From Candidatus Altimarinota bacterium (GTDB lineage Bacteria > Patescibacteriota > Gracilibacteria > BD1-5 > JAGOOR01): 39,001 nucleotides of DNA. Where the stretch lies: contig JBFZBA010000061.1 of the NCBI GenBank assembly GCA_041308705.1, positions 1 through 39,001 on the forward strand, given 5' to 3'. Of this stretch, positions 30,131 through 39,001 are shown piece after piece. The position numbers were made by a program, and so were the translations under genes. The notes beneath the pieces were generated by a model. It was not told the origin of the DNA. It saw only the letters and a program-made list of their open reading frames with translations, and did no database searches. Positions within the stretch are counted from its first letter, which is position 1. The number at the start of each line of letters is the position of its first letter.

Positions 30131-30985
30131 TTAAGCTCTCTTTGAGAGCTTTTTTTGTGCAAAAAATAGAGCCGCAGCGAGAAGAAGAAATAAAAGAATT
30201 CACTCTGGACCTGTATGTGGAAGTATATCAATAGGAACTGGTTCGGTGAATACAGGCTCCGTTGGCTCCTCTTGAAGAGTCTCAGGAGATGGTACGATAT
30301 CTGGAGACAGTGTATCGAGGGGAGGAAGTACACCCCCGTAGATAACCTTGAGCGGTATACGATTTTCAGAAGGGAGCTCACTACCATCGAGAGAAGTGAC
30401 CTTCTGAAAAGTGAGCTCATACTGACCATCGAGTTCCATCTTCGACTTGAGTGTGATAATTATGATACGCAGATCGTTCGGAGAATTTTTGATTTCTTGT
30501 ACTTGGAGAGGTTTTTTTGTGCTGAGATTTGTAAGAGTTATCTGAGTTTTTGAAGCATCTATCGGACGAGAAAATCACAACTCCAGAGTTGTCTCACTAC
30601 TGACAAGTGGATCTCGAGCGAGATTCATCTGTGGGGTAGCGGAATAGGTGCGCACATGAAGCGGAATCGTTGTGCCTATTTCTTTTCACTCGGCATTATA
30701 GCCATGGACTTTGATTGTGTATTCTGTTGCGGGAGAAATCTGTGTTAGTTCACCTTCTGTCGTTGTGATAAAATCAGTATCCAGGAGGAGACGAGGATTA
30801 GTAGGCTCGAGAAGAGCGCTCTCGTCATAAAATATCTTATACTGGGTTGCTTCTGGTATGGGCATCCATGAAACAGTCATGGAAGTATCGGCTATTTTCT
30901 TTGCTTGGAGGATACTCTGAGAAGAATCAACTGCAAAGACCGAAGAGACTATTGCAAGAAAGAGGAGAATATATACTCTGTACAT
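30131..30985 (-). CDS. Sortase-anchored surface protein: signal peptide, FN3-like domain, Ig-like domain, Pro/Glu-rich linker, LPXTG sorting signal
   Basis: Start at MYRVYILLFLAIVSSVFA (30985). The FN3 pattern is TSMTVSWMPIPEATQYKIFYDE...ATEYTIKVHGYNAEGKE. ORFs 30686-31312 and 30200-30439 are joined through TGA codons. The C-terminus is LPHTG-PEGILLFLLLAAALFFAQ-KKLSKRA, followed by TAA. Confidence 0.7.
30133..30157. terminator. Intrinsic terminator after rplA; the hairpin also encodes the C-terminal tail of the convergent LPXTG gene
   Basis: AAGCTCTC-ttt-GAGAGCTT followed by TTTTT. Confidence 0.65.
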
Positions 30986-31004
30986 AAAAATAATTTTTGA
31001 ATAA

Positions 31005-31652
31005 ATGTACTGAAATACTACACCAAAAACACTTTTTACGAAAGGAAAAAGGACAAGAACGGCGTGATTTACACTTGTAGAAATAATGATTGTCATTGTA
31101 ATCATAATTTTGCTGACACAGCTCGGCAATATAGGAGGATTATTTCGTACGCGCGAGCGCAATAAGGTTGAAGAAATAGCTGTAAAAATAGTGGCAGCTA
31201 TCGATGAAGAAAAAGTAAATGCCCTCCTCGGTAAAACACTTGATGGCAAAATAGTAAGAAAAAGGCTCGCTGAGCTGAATTTCTGAGCGACACCAAACAC
31301 CATCTCCTTCACTTCAGCAGTAAATCTCGCAGAAATAGATGAGGCTACCTATGATGCGGCCTCAAAAATAACAAAGTCATGGTCCCTTGCTGCACTCGAA
31401 TCCGAGCTCTATAAGTGTTCGTCAACAGCAACTCCGATAGAGATTGAAAAAATAGAACTCGAATTTAGAAATGATACAATAAAATTTCTTATAAATGACC
31501 CTGCTATAGAGATTCCTAATCATATAGTACTCCTCCTCAAGCATACAAATACGGCCCATGAGATACATATAGACAGGAGAACTGGGCTCACCTACGAGAG
31601 AAAAAGCCCTGGTAAAAATACTGATGGCACCTGGCAAGTACTTTGTAATTAA
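31005..31652 (+). CDS. Type IV pilin / pseudopilin with class III signal peptide
   Basis: MYGNTTPKTLFTKGKRTRTA-G|FTLVEIMIVIVIIILL, where the -1 Gly is TGA at 31065-31067. The frame stays open through TGA 31284-31286 to TAA 31650-31652. Confidence 0.75.
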
Positions 31653-31658
31653 TTGCTT

Positions 31659-32069
31659 ATGAAACTCATCATCCTCATCATCGGTCTTGTATTGTCTATA
31701 TGGGTAGCTGTCGCTGTCTATACCCCTACACAAGCATTTGTCACCGATATAAAAGAAATATATCTCAAAAGTAGAGCAACGCAGAGAACTATTAGTCAAA
31801 AATCAGAAACAACCATCAATACCATCACAGAATCTTACAAGGAAATAGCTCGAGTCTTTGGAGTGAAAGTCGCAGAAGAAAATATAAAAGAAGAAGTCTC
31901 TACCCCTGCCCCAACAGGCGAGCGGGATCCTGTTGAACAACTTTTTGAACACAATGTAGCCCTCTGGATAGCAACTGCCGCCGGATTTATGACTCTCAGC
32001 ATATACATAAATATCATCTCATTTTTTGCATTTTTCTTGAAGCCTGTGACATTCTTGATGAAAAAATAA
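31659..32069 (+). CDS. Hypothetical bitopic membrane protein (136 aa) immediately downstream of the pilin gene
   Basis: N-terminal TM segment KLIILIIGLVLSIWVAVAVY and C-terminal TM segment. No motif was recognised. Confidence 0.45.
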   Translation: MKLIILIIGLVLSIWVAVAVYTPTQAFVTDIKEIYLKSRATQRTISQKSETTINTITESYKEIARVFGVKVAEENIKEEVSTPAPTGERDPVEQLFEHNVALWIATAAGFMTLSIYINIISFFAFFLKPVTFLMKK

Positions 32070-32113
32070 AAGCCCAACAAACGCCGAGCTTTTAAGCAAA
32101 AATATAATTCAAA

Positions 32114-32671
32114 CTAAGCGCGACCAAGATAATCGTAAGTACGGCTATCAACTCGGACTTTTTCACCCTGTCCAATAAAGAGTGGAACTTTGATTTCGAG
32201 ACCGGTATTGAGTGTTGCTGGTTTCAGATTATTTGAAGCACTATTCCCCTTCTCTCCTGGCGGAGTATCGACGACCTCAAGTATTACAGATGGATCTATC
32301 TGCACATTGATAGGATTACCATCCCAGAACATAACTGTAGTCTTGTTTCCTTCAACAAGGAAATACTTCTTATCACCGATAACATCAGCGGTAATGAAAT
32401 AACTATCATAGCTGGTAGTATCCATAAAGTGATACGCAGTACCATCAAAGTACTGATAATCAGCATCTCGCATCTGGATATCAGCTGCTTCGACTTTATC
32501 CACAGCATGAAAAGTTGCTTGCATTGATTTGCCATTGAGGAGATTAACGATAGTACACTTTTCCATACCTTTGCCCATTGCTACCTTGAGGTGTTCAGAT
32601 TTTGTAACTTCGTACGGTTGACCATCTACGATGATTTTTTTACCGACTTTGAGTTCGTCCATGCTAGCCAT
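32114..32671 (-). CDS. efp: Translation elongation factor P
   Basis: The ORF is uninterrupted. Motifs LKVGKKIIVDGQPYEV, TPPGEKGNSASNNLKPATL and VPLFIGQGEKVRVDSRTYDYLGRA. Confidence 0.95.
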   Translation of the reverse strand: MASMDELKVGKKIIVDGQPYEVTKSEHLKVAMGKGMEKCTIVNLLNGKSMQATFHAVDKVEAADIQMRDADYQYFDGTAYHFMDTTSYDSYFITADVIGDKKYFLVEGNKTTVMFWDGNPINVQIDPSVILEVVDTPPGEKGNSASNNLKPATLNTGLEIKVPLFIGQGEKVRVDSRTYDYLGRA

Positions 32672-32743
32672 AAATGCGTTTTAGAGAGTTAAAAACGGGG
32701 AGATAATACACAAAATAGTAAAAAGGCAAGGAATTTAATCAGA

Positions 32744-32803
32744 GTGAAAAGTAAAATGTAGAAAGGTTTCTACCTTTACCACTTTTTACATTGTACTTTT
32801 CAC
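32744..32803 (-). terminator. Long imperfect hairpin downstream of ftsH (candidate terminator or processing site)
   Basis: GTGAAAAGTAAAATGTA (32744-32760) pairs with TACATTGTACTTTTCAC (32787-32803), 17 bp with one mismatch. There is no clean U-tract. Confidence 0.4.
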
Positions 32804-32814
32804 TTTTCCACTAT

Positions 32815-34800
<1,986 letters not shown>

Positions 34801-34915
34801 ATGAGTGAGAGGGAAAATGATAAGCAATGTCGTGCCCAAGTATATGAAAAAGTTTTGATTTGCAAAAACAGAAGAGTCGATAAAATACCTAGAATTTCTC
34901 GTATAATAATTGACT

Positions 34916-35674
34916 ATGCAGGCTATTATCTTAGCAGGTGGTTATGGCACTCGTCTCTACCCCCTGACTATCAATGCTCCTAAACCGATGATACCAGTTG
35001 ACGGGAAACCGATGATAGAATATCTCGTCGAAAAACTCAACAATATTCCTGAAATATCGGAGATATTTGTCGTCTCAAATGCCAAATTCTATCATGTATT
35101 CGAAGAATGGGCTACAGAGAAAAAATTCACCAATATCACTATCGTCAATGATGGAACCGCGTCCAACGAAACTCGACTGGGTCCCATAGGAGATCTCAAT
35201 TTCTTGATGGAAAAGCATACGATCGACAATGATGTGCTTATACTGTGATGAGATAATCTCTTCGAGGATGACTTATCAGGCATTATAGGAGTCTTTCATG
35301 AAAGAGGTGTGGATGTAATAGGTCTCTACGATGTAGGAAATCTAGAACTCGCGAAACAGCTCGGAAATGTTACTCTCGATGAGAATAATGTCGTGACATC
35401 ATTTGTCGAAAAACCAGAAAATCCTTCATCCAGCATCTGTGCCACTATGATTTATGCTCTCAAAAAAGAACACCTAAAATATATACCGATTCTCCTCGAA
35501 GAAGGAAGAAGGAAAGATGCTGGAGAAATAAAAGCAGGTGAACTCATAGCATATGTCATGAAAAGTGAACAAGTATATGGTCAAACTCTTCAATGAAAAT
35601 GGTTCGATATTGGTACCCTAGACCAGCTCAAAAAAGCAGAAGACTGGATTCATTTGAAAAACGATAAAAAATAG
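34916..35674 (+). CDS. Sugar-1-phosphate nucleotidyltransferase (RmlA/GalU-like)
   Basis: MQAIILAGGYGTRLYPLT..PKPMIPV and LILGGDNLF (two TGA codons). Extended through TGA 35594-35596 to TAG 35672-35674. Confidence 0.8.
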
Positions 35675-35688
35675 AGTACACTGTTGGT

Positions 35689-36048
35689 ATGAATATAAAT
35701 ATACTTCATACCATCGATATTTTTGCTATTTTTGTGGGGCTCATAGGTATAGGTATTATCCTAACTGGGGTATTACGGGGATTTTTTGATTTTATAGGTG
35801 TAGAGCTAGACACTGGCAAAAAGCACATCTCTCACAATGCTATCCGATACAGACTCGGTGTTTATCTCCTCCTGGGTCTCGAATTTCTCGTAGCGGCAGA
35901 TATTATAGAGACCATATTTAAGCCAAGTCTCGAACAATTAACACTCTTGGGTGGTATAGTAATTATCAGAACATTTCTCAATTACTTTCTCAATCAAGAA
36001 CTTGAACATATCAAGAATGACAATAAAATCGTAATTGATGAAAAATAA
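35689..36048 (+). CDS. DUF1622 family membrane protein
   Basis: 119 aa with three TM segments. Motif RYRLGVYLLLGLEFLVAADIIETI. Confidence 0.7.
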   Translation: MNINILHTIDIFAIFVGLIGIGIILTGVLRGFFDFIGVELDTGKKHISHNAIRYRLGVYLLLGLEFLVAADIIETIFKPSLEQLTLLGGIVIIRTFLNYFLNQELEHIKNDNKIVIDEK

Positions 36049-36745
36049 GAAAAAACTCCTCAAAGAAGACCTTGGAAATAAGAAAAAACTCCTCGATATT
36101 ATAGAGAATAATCGTTTTAGAGCTGCTATTTTCTGATCTGCCAGAATCACACCAAACGACACAGTGTATCAGGAAATCGTCGAGCTCGCAAAAAATCTCT
36201 CAAAAAGTAATTATGACATCGTGACAGGTGGTGGCCCAGGCGCCATGGAGGCAGCATCAAAAGGGCACGCACTCGCAGAAAAATCATGCACAAAATGACA
36301 ATCCATAGGTATTAATATAGAGCTTCCTTTTGAACAAAATCCTAATAAATATCTCGATTTTACTGAGACCAAAAGCACATTCTCAGCAAGGCTTGATACT
36401 TTTATGATTCTCTCCCATGTTTTTATCATTACCCCTGGTGGCATAGGTACACTTCTCGAGCTCTTCTACACCTGGCAGCTCATGCAGGTAGGGCATGTCT
36501 GCAGAACCCCCATTATCCTCTGGGGAAATGGCTATAAAAACCTGAAAAAATTTCTCAGAGAAGAGGTGTTGGCTCATGGGTATATGACTGAGCAAGACTA
36601 CGAGATGACCATACAGGTAGAGTCCATAGAACAAGTTCTACAACTCATCAATATGGCACACCGACACCATGAACAAGCATGAGAAAATGCCTGCGTCAAT
36701 ATAAAACAATATATCGCAGGAGCCAAACAACTCGGACTCATCTAG
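36038..36745 (+). CDS. LOG-family (TIGR00730) nucleotide phosphoribohydrolase
   Basis: AAIFGSARI (Gly = TGA), [28 protein letters not shown]. The gene overlaps the DUF1622 gene by 11 nt. It is extended through TGA 36680-36682 to TAG 36743-36745. Confidence 0.8.
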
Positions 36746-38085
36746 AATCCAACTCGAGTCGTATCAATTTCTCGGAATTTCATAAATTTCCCATCGAATA
36801 TAAAGTCCGCATTCCCGACAGGACCATTTCGGTTCTTTCGGATAAATATGGTTGTCTTGCCTTTATTCATATCATTCTCCTGCATTTCTGCATTATTATA
36901 ATACTCTTCGCGGAATATCATGAGGACGATATCCGCATCCTGCTCGATAGATCCAGACTCACGAAGATCGGAGAGAATTGGTTCTTTGCTTGCACGACTC
37001 TCAACAGCTCGAGAGAGCTGAGAGAGAGCTATAATTGGAATATTGAGTTCACGAGCGAGAGATTTGAGTCAGCGAGATATATCAGATATTTCCTGCACGC
37101 GGTTCATAGGATTTGTTCCCTGTATGAGCTGGAGGTAGTCAATCATGACCATATCGAGGCCTGATTCTATCTTGAGACGACGACACTTTGATTTGATTTC
37201 GAGGAGCGTCATGCTCGCAGAATCGTCGATGTATATGTGTGAGGTGGAGAGCTCAGAAAGCGCGTCACCGATGCGGGCAAATTCATCATCAGAAAGCTCA
37301 CCTTTTTGGAGCTTCCAGGAATCGATACCCATGGCAGCACAGACCATACGATCAGTGAGCTGTTCTTTGCTCATCTCCAGAGAGAAAACGGCAACATTTT
37401 TCTTTTTTGAAACATTTTGAGAAATATTGAGAGCCATCGCGGTCTTACCCATCGATGGACGAGCAGCGAGGATGACGAGATCACCTCAACGAAGTCCCTG
37501 AAGTTTATTGTCGAGATTGCGGAAGCCTGTCATGATGCGAGAGTTTTCGATTTGCTTCGGATCTTCATGAATTCACGCATATTCCTCATATCTCAGATCA
37601 AGAATATCGCGTATATGCGTAAGCCTGTTTTTGATGAATGTCTGTGTGATTTTGAACAGTGACTGTTCTGATTTCTCGAGGAGAGTGTTAATTTCAGTTG
37701 CCTCATCAAAACCAAACGATGCAATGAGATTACCGGTATTGATGAGCTTTCTGAGGACTGATTTTGCCTTAACAATTTGTGCATATTCAAATACATGAGC
37801 ACTCGTCGGAACAGCAATAGTGAGGTCAGCCAGATACACATTTCACCCCACAGAATCGAGCTGACCGAGATTGGTCAGAGTTTCAGAAACTGTGACGATA
37901 TCTATAGGGCGGTTCTTGCGATAGAGCTCCAGGATAACAGAATAGATAGTACCGTGGCTCTCATCATAAAAATCATCCGAGGCGACAATATCTGCGACGC
38001 GAATGACTCCTTCTTTGTCTATCAGAAGAGCACCCAAGAGGCTGCGTTCTGATTCCAGGGATGAAGGAGGTATCTTTGCTGACAT
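36742..38085 (-). CDS. dnaB: Replicative DNA helicase DnaB
   Basis: [103 protein letters not shown]. Four TGA = Gly codons. The stop CTA at 36742-36744 overlaps the LOG gene stop. Confidence 0.93.
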
Positions 38086-38093
38086 AGGGAAAA

Positions 38094-38954
38094 TTATCGA
38101 CTAGAGAGACGCTTTGAATCAGGATGAACACCGAGTTTTTCCTCTACTTTTGGGAGCCACACATGGACCACTTCATTATAGGGTTCGAGCTTACGAAGAG
38201 TGAGAAATGTATCATACGCCTTCTGATCTGAGCCAACCTGGAGATGAGAAAGCCCCAGAATTTCAAAGCCTCGAATGCTCTTTGGTTGAGTCTCTGTGAG
38301 CTGCCGAGAGTAGATGAGCGATTCTTCGTATTCGTGGAGCTCATACGCGAGCTCAGCAAGAGTCTCGAGGAGTTGCACATTACGAGGTTCTTTTTCGAGA
38401 CCTTTTTTAAATATATCATAGGCGAGCATATCCTTTCCTTGATGAATGAGATTATTGCCGAGGTAGACATATGCATCTGCTCTCTTTGGGTCATGATGGA
38501 GGATGATATCACGGAAGAGGATTTCTGCTTTTTCATAGTCTTGCTCCATTTCATAGAGCTGAGCGAGGAGGATATTGAGGTCTTCATTATGACGATCTAT
38601 CATGAGACCAGTGATAATCTCAGCACGCGCCTCTTCGTATTCACGCACGACGAGTTTTGCTTGAACGGATTTAAATATTGATTGAAGGGCGAGCTTATCT
38701 TTTGCTGATATTTTCTTCTTCATACCATTGAGAGACACATCATCACGACGGGTCTGATAATCAACTTTCTTCTGTTCGATAGTATGTCTGCGTCGGATAC
38801 GAGTCCTCTCTTTTTCTTTGAACATCTTAAATTCACGCCAGCTACCAACCTTGGACCAAAGCCCGTGACCAGTGTGAAAAAATATATACGCAACACCCGA
38901 AAAAATAAGGAACAGCTCTAACCACAAAAGATTGTAAAAAAGAATGAAACCCAT
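38094..38954 (-). CDS. Membrane-anchored TPR-repeat protein
   Basis: N-terminal TM segment LWLELFLIFSGVAYIFF, then a basic linker and several 34-aa TPR-like repeats (e.g. AEILFRDIILHHDPKRADAYVYLGNNLIHQGK). Confidence 0.75.
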   Translation of the reverse strand: MGFILFYNLLWLELFLIFSGVAYIFFHTGHGLWSKVGSWREFKMFKEKERTRIRRRHTIEQKKVDYQTRRDDVSLNGMKKKISAKDKLALQSIFKSVQAKLVVREYEEARAEIITGLMIDRHNEDLNILLAQLYEMEQDYEKAEILFRDIILHHDPKRADAYVYLGNNLIHQGKDMLAYDIFKKGLEKEPRNVQLLETLAELAYELHEYEESLIYSRQLTETQPKSIRGFEILGLSHLQVGSDQKAYDTFLTLRKLEPYNEVVHVWLPKVEEKLGVHPDSKRLSSR

Positions 38955-39001
38955 GGGAAGTATTAGAGAATTGGTGAATTAATGAGATTCTGTATGCGTT
39001 C

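Noticed and set aside
30986-31312. N-terminal 109 residues of track ORF 30686-31312 (minus), which would give the surface protein a long leader.
   Set aside because: This part is antisense to the type IV pilin gene. A good signal peptide begins at the internal Met (30985), so the upstream extension is treated as non-coding.
36679-37164. 161-aa plus-strand ORF following the LOG gene.
   Set aside because: It is antisense to the DnaB C-terminal domain (RecA-like core with QLSR and [11 protein letters not shown] motifs). The LOG gene ends at TAG 36743-36745 in a different frame.
38144-38681. Alternate-frame ORFs 38144-38587 (minus) and 38244-38681 (plus).
   Set aside because: They are nested in or antisense to the 286-aa TPR protein ORF, which is uninterrupted and has a clear repeat structure.

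Overview
This window looks like a compact Patescibacteria/CPR-type chromosome segment that uses genetic code 25 (UGA = Gly), as in Gracilibacteria/BD1-5 or Absconditabacteria/SR1. In-frame TGA codons fall on invariant glycines. Examples are the ABC Walker A GRS-G-S-G-KT, the ABC signature LS-G-GQ, Fts[18 protein letters not shown] and GG-G-HDEREQT, the Pth GNP-G-KEY motif, pyruvate kinase DLQ-G-PK, and the prepilin G|FTLVE site. The supplied standard-code ORF track therefore splits most long genes. I re-joined the fragments by hand and terminated them only at TAA/TAG. This gives about 47 tightly packed CDS, one tRNA-Thr(CGU) and a few structured intergenic elements. Housekeeping genes are mltG (partial), lepA, rpsP, pth, pnp, secA, rplA, efp, ftsH, dnaB, trxA, dCMP deaminase, photolyase and a pyruvate kinase-like gene. 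The most unusual content is an operon encoding a STAS-domain::PilT ATPase fusion, followed by a single polypeptide carrying three tandem VirB2/TrbC-like 'pilin' modules and then a further single-module pilin-like gene. Other notable content: a cst-like sulfur cluster with one 616-aa rhodanese-DUF2892-MBL-rhodanese-rhodanese ORF; a surface module with an LPXTG FN3 protein and a type IV pilin; an AT-rich islet of two unknown membrane proteins next to a GC-rich nested-palindrome element; a broken duplicate of the tRNA-Thr 3' half; and a GC-rich in-frame insertion in lepA. All domain calls rest on motifs I read in hand translations. No searches were run.
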